Shown in pieces: positions 12,115 through 24,151 of a DNA stretch of 64,000 nt; within the stretch, counting starts at the first letter, position 1; each line of letters starts with the position of its first letter. The notes beneath the pieces are model-generated. The model was not told the DNA's origin. It worked only from the letters and a program-made list of their open reading frames with translations, and did not search any database. The position numbers and the translations under genes were made by a program. Origin of the DNA: Marsupella aquatica (taxonomy: Eukaryota > Plantae > Marchantiophyta); contig OZ316891.1 in NCBI GenBank assembly GCA_973895155.1, positions 29,189,611 through 29,253,610 of the forward strand, given 5' to 3'.

Positions 12115-12600
12115 CAGGGTTCCTAGACATAGAAACCTTATCAATTGCTCGGGCGAATTTTTCTTCGAGGGTTCTCTGGTGAAAAGCCTGGAGCCCTGGC
12201 CTTTGTCCATTATTGAGGCTAGCTGCCCTCGAGGGTTCCTGCTGTGCAAGTCTGGAGCTGTTAGATATACGGCTTTGTCAATCCTTGAGGTAAGTTTACG
12301 TTTGGGGCATTTTGGTCGATATGCCTGGAGCTTTCAGTTGTAATCTTTGTCTGAGGATTTCCTAGTGGACAAACGTTGAGCTCGTAGGTTCCTTCAATAA
12401 TTGAGGTGAAATTTTGTTGAACACATGCAGTTGGACACCCCTGGAGCTCTGAAGCATAATGCTTTGTTGAGGTCAGTATTCACCCTGGGTTTTCTGTCGG
12501 ACAAGTCTGGAGCTCTTAGGAGAGTTCTTTGCCATTGCTTAGGCGAGCTTTCCGCTCAGGGTTTTCTGGGATCCTCATGCACGAAAGTTGGCAGCATTCT
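12115..12600 (+). repeat. Degenerate ~60-70 bp tandem repeat in the CPT 3' region (~7 copies)
   Basis: Recurring GGGTT(C/T)..CT...AAG(T/C)CTGGAGC...CTTTGTC..TTGAGG blocks near 12167, 12231, 12305, 12353, 12431, 12486 and 12558. Confidence 0.6.
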
Positions 12601-15048
12601 TCAGCCTTTTATTCATGGGCTCGGTTATGAAGCCCATCATTTAAAAGCGACACACAGACATGATACACATTGTTAGGGTTTAAGAGGGTTAACTTCAAGA
12701 TTATTGTCAACCACCATACATAGATAAACAGCCTATTCCAGATTGTTCTCGTTCTAATAGATTATTTGAACCATAGCAGTCAGTGACGTTAGTTTCCCTT
12801 TGTAATCAAACAGGGACCCACTAAAAGGTGAGGAGGTTTAGTTTGGAAGATTTTGGTATCTACTTCGTTGTGGTTGAATGCACAGAAGTGCAAGCGCGTT
12901 ACAATGACAATTTTACCTCGAGGGTAAGTGGTCTTTCAATATTTATGTGGCAGTCTGTCCACACGAGTGTACAATATAAGGGGTAACGAATATAGACAAC
13001 GTTGTTCTTGACATTCCGGCCTTTCTTGAGCATCTGCTCATTTTCCAGAGTGTCGTTTCATGTGAACGGAAACGAATTCAGTTAATGCTTTTTATTCACG
13101 CCTAAGACTTTACTTTGTAAGCTTCTGCTTTTAGTACGAGTTCTCACTTCTGGGCTATTGGAGAAGGTACCTCTGGCACTTGGTTTCCGTATCTTGTCGG
13201 CTGTCGGTTGTGCAGAAATGTTTCGCACACGAGAGCTACATCGAGCTCCACTTCCGAATGCAAATCCCTCCCACTGAAGTACTCAGCTTACAAGAATTTT
13301 CTAAGATCCTAATTGTAAGTCCTGTGAGCCAGATTTTAGCAGTGGTTTTCTCTTGTTCTTAATGCCGCAGGCAAAGTGGTAGGTTGTCACCTTTTTCATG
13401 TATGATGCCCGATGGAAGCTTGATGCAGAAGTTTAAGACCGGTGGATTCTGCTAGTGGAGATGACTTCTACAAATGTCTTCCTAGAGGTTTTTGGGCTGT
13501 TGTTCTGCTGAGTTCTTCATTGTAGACAGTCGAACTCCTTAACTTTGTGTGTGCAAACTGTTAGATTAGTTTCACTTTCACGTTGTAGTGTTAGTTTTAT
13601 CGTAGGACTGCATCAAAAGATAGGATGACGTATGAAATTGTTATGGTGTTGTACCGTAGAAGAGCTCAGGATTTGCGCTTACTACATTTGAAACTACGCT
13701 CTTGAGCGTTTCTACAGGGCCCTGGTCGCTGAACTTCCGTCGCGTGTACTGACGTTCTGGAGTTTCGTCGTGTTTGGTGTCTCATTTAGGGATCACCTAA
13801 GTATTCAGACCTTTTTTTTTATGACGTCGATCGGAGTTTACTCTAGAGAAACACATGAATCAAACATACACTTACTCCGACAACTAATTTTTGCGACTTT
13901 GGATTTGGGAACGCACCTGGCATGACTCCATACAGCTACAGAAAATGGTTGTCTTATGAAGCTAGTGGACTTGTCTCCTATTAATAGACTAGAAGTTTGG
14001 ACAATGAGTATCAAAACACAAGTTGAACGGAACCATGTCAGGGTACAGATTTCTGAGGTGGGCCGCTGTGACAGCCTCGCAGACGGACCACTTTTTTCTA
14101 GCTTAGGCCGAAGGGATTAAGTAGAGGGAAACATGTCAATGTGCGAGTGAACAATCTGTTGGCATCGTGGTCAAAAAACTTGGGCACGAAGGGATGTGAA
14201 GTTGTGGTCCTTATCACTTCTTCCCTAAAACGAAAGTTCTCCTCATTGTGTGATTTGTCAATCATGCTACCATGGAGTGTCCCCGGAAGAGCCTCTAAAA
14301 CGTTTGGCTAGATTGAAGCCTCTCTCTTCAGAAATGACTTCTCTCTGAAAAACTGACTTCATGAGTGAATTTCTCCACCTACCGATGTGAAGGTTGGAGT
14401 CAACAAAAGGTAGCTGCAGAAAGCATGAGCGAAGCCAGTCCATCAAAGATCCAAACTCTCCCATCAGCAAGACTGGGCAGGTGCACATCAGACACTGAAT
14501 CCGTTTCACGACCCGGACAAAAGTGGAAATAAATACAAAATGAGGTGAAAACGGCGTAGATAAATAATCGTGAAGATTGGCTGGACAAGAACAGAAGTTC
14601 AGCACCATGCCCAGCACTATTTCTTCACCCTTTGTTGGGAGTATCTGAAGAGGCGAACATCAATACAGAAAGAGGTAGCAATTGAAGCCTATGGTCTTCC
14701 ACTACGTTTGTGCAGTTGGTGATGGGCAACAGAAGAGCTTCATGAGTTGGATTTTTCCACCCAGCCGTCTGAAAGCTATGTCAACAACAGAAGAGTGGGT
14801 GTCGGAGGTTTGAAGTCTCTTGATAGTAGTCGCTGCTAATCTTTGTATTCAAACCCTCCAACCATGTTACCAGTGCACGAGGACACTTTGTTACACGATA
14901 TTTGAGGGGAGCATTAAACTTCCTACTTCGTAAGAGAAATGCACTGGCCTACTCACTCGACAAAGCTATGCAGAGTTTACTGGAAAACTTACAGCATTTC
15001 AAAAGTTGACTTGTGTAGCATGTTTGCCTTCATTTGACTCAGACACTG

Positions 15049-15235
15049 GTATGCTTCACATTGGGGCGAGCATAGATAAGAAGAATACCACATGCTTGTC
15101 TGTCACCTGAAAAACCATAGAAAACAGACACGGATATGCTTTACATTGGGGAGAGCATAGAGAATAGAAGAATACAAATGGATGTGGGCCACATGGTCGT
15201 CTATCACCTGAAAAACATTAAAATACAAAACACAC
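15049..15235. repeat. Tandem duplication, 2 x ~85-100 bp
   Basis: TATGCTT(C/T)ACATTGGGG(C/A)GAGCATAGA...CCACATG..TCACCTGAAAAAC occurs twice. Confidence 0.75.
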
Positions 15236-15544
15236 ACTACGTCCAAGATTAGCTGAAACCAATCTTAGTTAAGTATTTTATCAAGTACTGGCTTGGTAAA
15301 GCTTGAGGGTTACCAAGAGTATCAGGGAAAGCACTTTGCTAATTTATTGGCTAAAGGGACTGAGTCCTTGCCTGAGCATAACGAAGAGGGCTAGACCAAG
15401 GGAGGCTTGTCACAGGCCAGAAAGCAACTCCAAATCAAGGGAGTAAGAGCATCTGCACTGGAGATGCTCTGGTTTCCTGGCTGGCGTGCTGCTGTAGGGA
15501 CAATTGCAGGCCGGTAACATCACACCCTCCCCAAAGACGTTATA

Positions 15545-15712
15545 CATTATCTTACATGTAACAGTGTCCTCTATCTTTTCCTTTGTAGTTTCAGTCCCTC
15601 ACCTCATGGGATTGTTCATATGTTATCTTACATGTAACCGCCTCCTCTCTTTTCCTCAGTACCTCACCTTGTGGGATTGTTAATGCGTTATCTTACTTGT
15701 AAACGCCTCCTT
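15545..15712. repeat. Degenerate tandem repeat, ~2.5 x 65-75 bp
   Basis: TTATCTTAC(A/T)TGTAA occurs three times; CCTCACCT..TGGGATTGTT occurs twice. Confidence 0.7.
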
Positions 15713-16414
15713 TCTGGTTAAGGGCATCAGTTGATTATAAGAGCATTTTGGCCAATCAAAATGTGTCACATCATCACTTTATGTCTCATAATTTGCCTAC
15801 ACAGTTTTGAGGCATGCGTAAGTCATAATTTTTTGGAATGTGCAAAGTAGGTACACTCACAGTGTGTGTGAGACGGTATGGATCCTATCTATTGTCTATC
15901 CTGTCTATTGTCTGTGCCAGACTATTTCTGGCCAGCAGGCATGCCCTTAACATTGGACAATGGGCTTGTGGTGGACCATTACGCGTATATGGTCGACCTT
16001 TATACACAGAAATGGTTCATCGCAAGACCATTACCCTATATATTGTCTTTGTACTTTCAGCCCCTCACCAGGCAGGCTCTTGCTATGGGTTTCCAAGTCT
16101 CCTAATCCCCAGCCAGCCTCTTTGAGTCTCAAAATCTAATATGAAAAGTAGTACAGGGCTAGGCTTGCTAATCCATGGCCTGTAGGGGACATAGCTGTGA
16201 TTGAAGTCTACCAGTCATGACTTATCCATAGTCTGAAGCCACGAGCTATAATTTCTCGGGCAACCATTTATTTTTCTTAGTGTAGACTATTCCAGAGACT
16301 ATATTTGTATGGGCATGGAAGTCAGCATATGTGGAGCCCTTCCTGTGATAGACATGTTTATCAGGCGAGTTACTATATTCTGGATGAAAGATCACTTTCC
16401 AACTACGATTGTTG

Positions 16415-16690
16415 GCAACATTTACATAGTGGCAAAAATTCACCAAATTCAACCTCACTGCAAAGTCTTCCTCGCTCATTTGAGAATTGATCAGGCTTTT
16501 TGTCTTTGATTACCCAGATTCCTACCTAGCCACAAACCCATTAGCCAGAATCTGATAATTTAATGGACAGAGATCTCATAGTAAGAAATCAATCTAGCAA
16601 ATTACATATTAAGGAATAGTCTTAGCATTGTCTCCTTCACACAAGATGACATTTGCTACCCAATGAGGAAAAAACATCTTAAGAATTCCC
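16415..16690 (-). mobile_element. Old, degenerate copy of hAT-MITE family A
   Basis: Shares TAGTGG..AAAATT..CCAAATTC.ACCTC, CCATTAGCCAGAATCT and GACATTTGC in the same order as 28754-29030. Ends are eroded. Confidence 0.5.
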
Positions 16691-16922
16691 TTAAGAAGTA
16701 TCCTCATTATGAAGGCCTCCTAAACTAGTTGTTCCATAGAGGTTTTAGGTGACAAGAATGTTACTGGGTTGGGGGTCAAAAATTTGCAGTTCCCAAGAAA
16801 TGTTGTTGCCACTACTTCCAGCCATCAACACACCGGCCTGTGCACCCAAAATGGTCTATGCAAATGTGTCAATGCCCTTCAGAAAGATGACAAAATTTGA
16901 AAATCTGATCACAGTGAGTTAA

Positions 16923-17559
16923 TTGACTCTGATCAGTTGGCTAGGGAATTAGCCTAGAACTGAGAGGTCCTAGGTTCAATCCCCCCGCCACACGCAAGGG
17001 GTGTGGAGAGTATGTGTATGTGTGGGTGTGGTGTAGTGGCAGGAGTCCTGGTCAGTGTATTTTTTAAGGTTTTCTATTTTGGGCCAGTGTGGCAAATGTT
17101 TGCTTCTCTAAGGGAGGAGATTCTAGGAATATTCTCTGCCAGATTTTACTGAATTAAATGTTGACCGTTAGATATCCCTAGATTTAAGAAGGACCCTTAG
17201 ATTCTGGCTAATGGGGCCCATGATTTGGTGGAAGAGTGGCTAATGTTGTCAGAAAAATGTAGCGAATATTAGCCAAAAGTGGCGAAAGTTTTTTTGGGAG
17301 GTGGAATTTGGCTAAAATTTGCACTTAAAAAATATGCTGGTCCTGGTTTCTTGTTAGCCCTTGGCTGGTCCGTATTGGGGCGGGCTTTGGGGCCCTGGTT
17401 CAACACTCTCTCCCTCCTAGTCTGGGTTAGTGTCAGATCCTTGGGTGTTGTCCCCTTGTGGCTACCCTACATAAAACAGTATACTACCAAACAGAATGTA
17501 GATCCTTTGTTGAATTGGTGTGCTTTCCACTGTCAAGGACAAAGAAACTAAAAATAAAT
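16923..17559 (+). mobile_element. tRNA-derived SINE (~345 bp without the insert), interrupted by a hAT MITE
   Basis: A-box-like TGATCAGTTGG (16930-40) and B-box GGTTCAATCCC (16973-83). A-rich tail at ~17535-17560. Flanking direct repeat AAATCTGATCACAGTGAGTTAA (16901-22) / AAATTTGATCAGGGTGAGTTAA (17560-81), 19/22, read as the TSD. Confidence 0.75.
17053..17339 (+). mobile_element. hAT-type MITE, family A (copy 2, 287 bp)
   Basis: TIRs CAGTGTATTTTTTAAG / CTTAAAAAATATGCTG. Perfect 8-bp TSD GTCCTGGT (17045-52 / 17340-47). Confidence 0.9.
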
Positions 17560-18033
17560 AAATTTGATCAGGGTGAGTTAACCCAAATCTGACCATGCTA
17601 GTCTAACAATCTGATGTAAAATAAGACTCTTTTTGCCCCGTCCATAATTACACATCAAAATATCTACAACTATAAGAAGTGATCCCGCCTTTTTTTGTCC
17701 TTCATCCCGTTATGAAATACAGAATTGGCGGGAATCAAAACTGGCCGTTAGATATTTTAGAGTATTTTTGTATCCATTTGATTCGATTACCACTTGCCCT
17801 CTCTTGCCTCTCAGCCCCCCGGCCCTGTGGGCCAGCCCTCATTGCACCGTGCAAAGCACGGGCATAGGGCTTGTAGTAATATATAATATATATGCACTAT
17901 GTAAAGAAAATAACTAGGTTTGTCATAGTATAGAACATATACACAATATATGTCATATTGTGAAATATATTTCATATCGTGATGTGATGTGCATATACCG
18001 GACCCCTCTTTTTGGGGCCAATCAGTTCAGCTG

Positions 18034-18144
18034 AACTTTGTTCAGAGGACCGGGGACAAAGGTCGGGAACACCAGGTTTGACACGTCGGAACTTTTTTCA
18101 AGGACCGGGGACAAAACGGGGGAACACCAGGTTTGAGACGTCGG
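18034..18144. repeat. Tandem 2 x 56-bp repeat in a GC-rich island
   Basis: AACTTT.TTCA..GGACCGGGGACAAA...GGGAACACCAGGTTTGA.ACGTCGG at 18034 and 18090. Confidence 0.9.
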
Positions 18145-18724
18145 CGCCGTGTTGTTCTGCTGTAGCTAGCAGCCGGCGAACACTGGCGAAGCCTGCGAAC
18201 GTGACCGTTGTCCCCGGACATTGCGGAGAAGGGCAGGCAGACAGCAGGGGAACACCCTGCACCTCTGCAGGACAAAGGACAGGTCAGGCCAGGTACCGGT
18301 CCTTCCAGACTCCCGGCCCTGCCCCTCAGCCCCATGACTTCCTCACGAGTCAATCATGGCAGCCGGCGAGGACGGCGACGGCGACGGCGTTTCATCGCAG
18401 ATTCGCGGCTCAATTCCGTGAAACGAATCCATTCCAAGGCGCTTTCATATCTGACCGTGGATTCCAGATATCGACGTCCACCATTCGAAGGGGGCACGTC
18501 GTCCCGCCCTGCGAAATGTTCAGTACAGGGCTGCTCTACCGTAGTGCCATCCGGTTCAATAATTGTTTTTTTTATTCCGCTACATAATGCAAAGCAAAAA
18601 ACTATTATTAATTCTATTCTCTTGCTTTAGTTTTTATGGACTACGAGCATCTCCACCACCGGGGGTTTTGCTAACTAAATCAATAAGATCCAACCCAAAA
18701 AGACAAGCCCACTACAATAGGTTA

Positions 18725-19640
18725 GTAGGGCCAGCCAATGCTCAATAATAGTGTAGTGCCTTGAAAGGAAAGGATGAATATGGACGGGTGGAGCCTCTTG
18801 GTCAAGTCCGGGCCTGTAGCCCAATTGTAAGTCAAAGGAATTGTGCACTTACCCATAGGTTGCATAAGCACTCACTGAGGGTTTACACTTGCTTGGTTAG
18901 AGCAACCATTGCACTTACAAGAGTGCAAAATGGTTGGGAAAAGGGGAATCCCTGCAATTAGCCATGGTTGCACTTAGAAATTGGCGGCTGAGTGTAGGGG
19001 GCAGCTCCACAAGGGCCAACCAATGCTCACTAGTAATGTGTCTTGAAGGGAAAGGATGGATTTAGACAGATGGAGCCTTTGGGTCAAGAGCCCGGGTCCA
19101 TTGCCCAATTGTGTTTCATGCTAGGGTTTAAATCTGAGTCTTGGGTGAACCTCTCTTAGTCTGTGTGCTGGGCCTAGCCACTTGGTGCTACTCATGCTCA
19201 TTTGTGGGGGGGAGAAAACTAGGAACTAGGCTAATAATTTTGGAGTTTATATTTGGAGATTTGGTGAAGCTCTTGTATTCTTGTAGACTTAGCCTTGACA
19301 AAGGTAATCCCTATTTTAATGATGTCATTGTGCATGCTTGTGACATTGCTGGAATTCTGAACACTCTACTCATAAGTGTGTCTTATTGAGGGTTATATAT
19401 TTACTGTCTAGTACAGCCCTCATTGCACTTACAAAGAGGTGCAAAATGGTCGGCAAATAAAGGGGACCTCTAGAATTAGCCATGCCTGGTTGCACTCAAG
19501 ACGTGTGCACTTAGAAAGCGGCGGCTGAGGGTAGGGCAGTAGCTCCACCAGGGGCCAGCCAAATAAGAAGTGTGTGGAAAGGAAAGGATGGACTTGGACG
19601 GGTGGAGCCTTTGCGTGGAGCCCGGGCCCGCTACAATTGC
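18725..19640. repeat. Three degenerate copies of a 110-200 bp module upstream of Lunapark
   Basis: GGGCCA.CCAA...GAA.GGAAAGGATG..(G/A)TGGAGCCT...CCGGG.CC...CAATTG at ~18725, ~19010 and ~19550. The block CATTGCACTTACAA..GTGCAAAATGGT..TGCACTTAGAAA precedes two of the copies (18907, 19422). Confidence 0.8.
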
Positions 19641-19945
19641 TGCGTGGCAAGCGGAGCGAGGGTGAAGACGAGAGAGAGAGAGAGAGACGCCTGTAAATAA
19701 TAATTCGTGTCCCTCCTTTCGTAGTGTCAACTCAAACTCTTCGTGTCCACGCTGGTGGAGACGATCTTCGCCATTTGTTGTTGTCGACGCCGTCGTTGCT
19801 GTGCATGCGATTTTTTGATTCGAGCTCTCTCTCGCCGATCGCTTTGAGTCGAGTTGTCCGATCGGCACTGTTGAGTAGATTGTATTGAGCGTTTCAGTCC
19901 GCGAGGGCGTGTTGGTAAGCGCGTGCAAGAGAGACAGATACAGAG

Positions 19946-19949
<4 letters not shown>

Positions 19950-19984
<35 letters not shown>
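19950..19984. repeat. (GA)n microsatellite in the Lunapark 5' leader; a second tract lies at 19670-19687
   Basis: Perfect GA dinucleotide run. GAGA tracts are known BBR/BPC binding sites; binding here is not shown. Confidence 0.9.
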
Positions 19985-19986
<2 letters not shown>

Positions 19987-21044
19987 ATGTTTTGATGTGC
20001 TGCATTTCTTGCAGCTCTGGCGAACTCGAGCGACGGGGTCTGGTTTTGGCAGAAGTGAGAAAGAGCATCTGCTCGCGTAGAAGAAGGTTTTTGTGCCGTC
20101 CGGAGCATGTTCTGATATTATTTTTCGAGTCGGTCGAGGTGTTGGTGCAGTTCCTGAGAACGAAGGGAACCAGGAGGCGGAAGAAAAAAAGGACCGACCG
20201 AAATAAAGGCGGTAGAGGAGGAGGGACGACCGGAGTGCGAGCGAGAGAGCGCGAGAGAGAGGGAGAGTTGGAGGGAATGGATGAATGGCGATCAGCAAGA
20301 TCAATTCGGAGCGTTTGAATAATGGGCATTTGCTTCACAGCATCCGCCCGGGGTCCACTGGTGATGACAATGCGATGATAGACGTACAGGTAGTTAGACA
20401 GGTGGATAGATTCACAGGTACACATACACATACGGGAGGACATTGACGATCGGCAGAGGGAAGAGAGCATCTGAGATTAGATGCTGAGCGTTTGACCGGC
20501 CTACGAAGTCAGTAGGTCTCTCTTCCTGTCTATGTTTGGTTGGGTGGGTGTTGTTAGTATGTAGAAAGGATTATTCAGCTGCCTAGGAAATCAAATTAGT
20601 TGCTAGCTTACAGATTATTCCAGGAATGTCGATCGAAAGTTCGGAGCCCTAGCGGACGATCCGCTATGGGAATCATGATAACGTTGAGAGTGAGGGACAA
20701 AGTCAGTATTGCATTCTTGAGGTTTGGACGTTTCTGTCCCTTTTACTGCTCAGGATAGAAACCGAACCGTGGTAGATTCGGTGTGCAGGATTAGCGCTCT
20801 CTGTGTGCGTCTCTCAAATCACACTTTCTGCATATGCCTTTTTTTATTCTCTTTCGGCCGCCGGACATCCTCTCATCTCTGTCTGTCTACCTCTCTCCCT
20901 TACAAGCTGGATACCGCTGATGTTTCCTTCTGCAACGTCTACGACCTTCATGTCTATCTTTGCTTGTACCTCTGGGAAGCTCCTACGCGTGGGGTTTGAC
21001 TCCGGATTGCTGCAGATTAACATATCCGTGAACGAGCCGAAGCG

Positions 21045-24000
21045 ATGGGGAGCAAGGGGGGTCCCAGTATGGAAGATCAACAATTGGCTGCCTTAGTGTC
21101 AGCAGTTACTGAGGAGAAAGTAAAGCCACAGAAAGGAATAGTGCGGAGGATCTGGAGCGCCATGGGACTTGTGGGGCATTTGTTCTTCCGAAATTCGAAG
21201 GAGGATTTTGAAAAGAGATTGCAACATTTATCCAAGGAGGAGGTGGCAGCGCACAACCGATTGAAAAGACGCACCCAGTTGTGGAGAAAATTCGCACGGA
21301 ACATCATTTTGTATTCCGTGATTGGTGAGGTAACCCCCGTCCCAACATTTCCTCCCCGCCCCCTACCGATTGCCTTTTCCCGCAAGGCTTGCTTTGTATT
21401 CGCAGGTTTGTAAAAGTTGCACCTGATTTTGAAGACCCACCAGGATTCAAGTGTCATTTTGCTTTTGGCAATTCCATGACTTCCGAGTGGGCTGGTCGTC
21501 GAAAACCTGTACCTCTTTATCCAGTACAGGGAAGCCGGCCTTCTCTCCGTGATCTGATTTCTCCTCAATCTGATTTCTCCTCAATCTGATTTATCCTCAA
21601 TGGAGATCTTGGGCGCTCGTATGTGCTGACTGTGTAGGTCGAAAAGCATTCTGGTCTGTCCCTGGGCGAGTGATTTAGTAGATATTCTTCATCCACTTGA
21701 ATTCAATGCTTTTTGCATGTCTTGTGGGCGATCCTAGAAATAGCCCAATATCTGACGTCCTTCAATCTCAGGTGCACTGAATTCTATCTGTGTACTGTTT
21801 CTGATAGTATCGAGAGCATTCGGCCTGTTGTAACTTTTGTTCAATATCCGTCTCGTGGAATTCATGGTCAATGCATTGGACGTTGGGAAGCAATTCTAAT
21901 CCTCTGATTCAACCATTCTCAAACTAAAACACAAATGTGGATCATGATGAGCACAATAGATATTAGCCAGATTGTGTTGATTGCTAACCCTTTTACCTCG
22001 TAAAGCTGACTTTGTTCTCTTGTTGTGTAGGCTCTGATTCTAGGTGTAGCTATATACTCCACAAGGAATCCAATTATGACCTGGCAAACGCGAGCATGGC
22101 GTGTTTTGCCTGTGTTCGCACTACCGCTCATTACAACCTTAATCTACTCATCATGTGCAAGCTTCTATCGCATGCGTATGTCCCGTCAATCTTTCTTTGT
22201 ACACTCTCACTGCGTATTTCTCAAGTTTTATTCTGTCCTTACATGTTTTTGGCTCCTGGTTTTGAAGCATAGTGAGAGAGGTAGTACAAAATTGGTCGAA
22301 GGTAGGTGATGGAATGACCGACAAGTGAATTATTAGTTACTGGCAAGTTGAATTATTGGACAGTCGTTAGAATGGAGTAGGAAAGAACTACAGACAGTCT
22401 GACCCTTTGTCTGTTGGTGATGCAGGTGAACGGCAAGATCAAAAGACCCTAGAAAAGCTACGAGCTGAGAGAAAGGAGAAGATCGATGAACTGAAGGAAA
22501 AAACTAACTATTATTTGACCCAACAGCTAATTCAGGTACAGTGATTCTCGGCAGAGTTGTCCAATTTTGCGTATGTATGTTTTTCTCCCATTTACACTCC
22601 CAAACCGTTTCTCTCAAGTTCTTGGAACGAATCCTGCCCAGTGATGTGCACGCCGCTATATCGTTATGTCACATCAGTTGGGATTCAATTTCAACTCATT
22701 CATATTCTCTTCTTTGCTAGATATAACTACATTGGGCTTTATGTTCAATGGCAGAATTCTCCAGCATACATCGATCCAGTGTTTCATTTCGTGGGAGAGA
22801 AGCTAAGAATTCTCATGTGAGGGCTAGAATCAACAATTTAACCTTAATCCTCATAATTCTGAGTAAGAGCTCTCTGTTCAAGCTTAGATTGGGCTCTGTG
22901 ACACCAAAATGTGTACATTCTTTTGCTTCAGAGTGAACTCCTTCCATTTAGTTTTCTATGGCTGAAATGGAGTTACTCCAGAGTAGTAGTCTTGCAGCCC
23001 TTGATTTGACAACAAGGGTTTCTTCTATGTATCCTGGTTTTCAGTAGTGTCCCACACAAAAGTTCTTAAGAAGTACATAACCGACGAAGGTTCTGGAAGG
23101 CAATGCAAGTGGATGGTTCAATAAAAGGAGTTTTTTTGGTGTAGTTTTATTTTTTTACTATCTACATTTATCTTGTTCCTCTGTGTTACTCGAATTTCTG
23201 ATTGAACTAATCTAGGAGACACTTGTACAAGTAGCTAACGTTCGCAACATTCTACAGAAATATGACATGGACCCTGCAGCTAAAGCAGCAGCAGCAAGTG
23301 TTCTGGCGTCCAAGCTGGGTTCCGAGTCTGGTCTGAAGTTTGCACTACAAGCTGCAGATATGTTGGAGACGGAGGAAACTACGAAGTCCACAAACTCCGG
23401 CGGAAGGAATGAGAAGGAAGGGGCTAAGTCCTCTGGACTGAGGAATCGCAAAACTGTTTCACGGTCGAGTAGCCAAGTGGATCGAAGGCCTAGCTTAGGT
23501 CAAAGTAGTTTTCAAACGAGGTACAACAACGATAATGTAGAAGGGCCTAGTTACAGGGGAGGCGGAGCTATGCAGGACGAGGACGCTTGGGAGCATCAGA
23601 AGGAAGTCGAGCATCATAGAGGAAAACCTAGCGAAGTGGGCTGGATTGCTAGACTTGCTGCAATGCTTGTCGGCGAAGATCCCTCGCAGTGTTATGCTCT
23701 GATCTGTGCAAAGTGCCATATGCACAACGGTATGTCTTTTGCCATTATTTACCTCTGACGTAACCTGAATAGTAATTCACGCCTAGATTACCATCCACGT
23801 TCTGTATCTTATTCGTTGGTAGTATTGTGTTTTTGTGCAGGACTTGCCAAGAAAGAGGATTATCAATACATCACCTACTACTGTCCTCACTGCCATGCAT
23901 TAAACAAGTCGAATCAGCTTGAAGGTGGTGATGAAACTGATCGTTCTGCAGGAGGGGCTGGCAGCCCTTCGAACCCGCCTGCTAGGCCTGAGGAAGTGCT

Positions 24001-24151
24001 CAGCACGTTGGGTGGTTCCCTAAGTCCTCCGATGCAGGATGGAGTGAGCAAAGGGGTGAGCAATTCTGGCATGTCTGGTTCATCAGCCTTGGCGCCAGTG
24101 CGGGAACCCCTTGTTGAGTTGGACAGTGACAACAACCTGAGCGACAATTGA
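21045..24151 (+). CDS. LNP: Lunapark (ER three-way junction protein), 440 aa
   Basis: Exons 21045-21329, 22031-22175, 22426-22535, 23258-23729, 23841-24151, all GT-AG and phase-consistent (1323 nt). Motifs DFEKRLQHLSKEE, two TM segments, LEKLRAERKEKIDELKEKTNYYLTQQLIQKYD, GWIARLAAMLVGEDPSQCYALICAKCHMHNGLA and the YYCPHCHALN zinc finger. Confidence 0.96.
21552..21600. repeat. 3 x 16-bp minisatellite in Lunapark intron 1
   Basis: TCTGATTT(C/A)TCCTCAA three times in tandem. Confidence 0.9.

Noticed and set aside
18012-18630. 191-aa and 140-aa ORFs, and RNase MRP RNA suggested by GTCCCCGG
   Set aside because: There is no recognisable protein motif in this GC-rich DNA, and the GAAAG prefix and the 3' conserved region of MRP are absent.
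19476-20470. ORFs of 131-210 aa across the GA repeats
   Set aside because: They are low-complexity translations of microsatellites in the Lunapark leader region.
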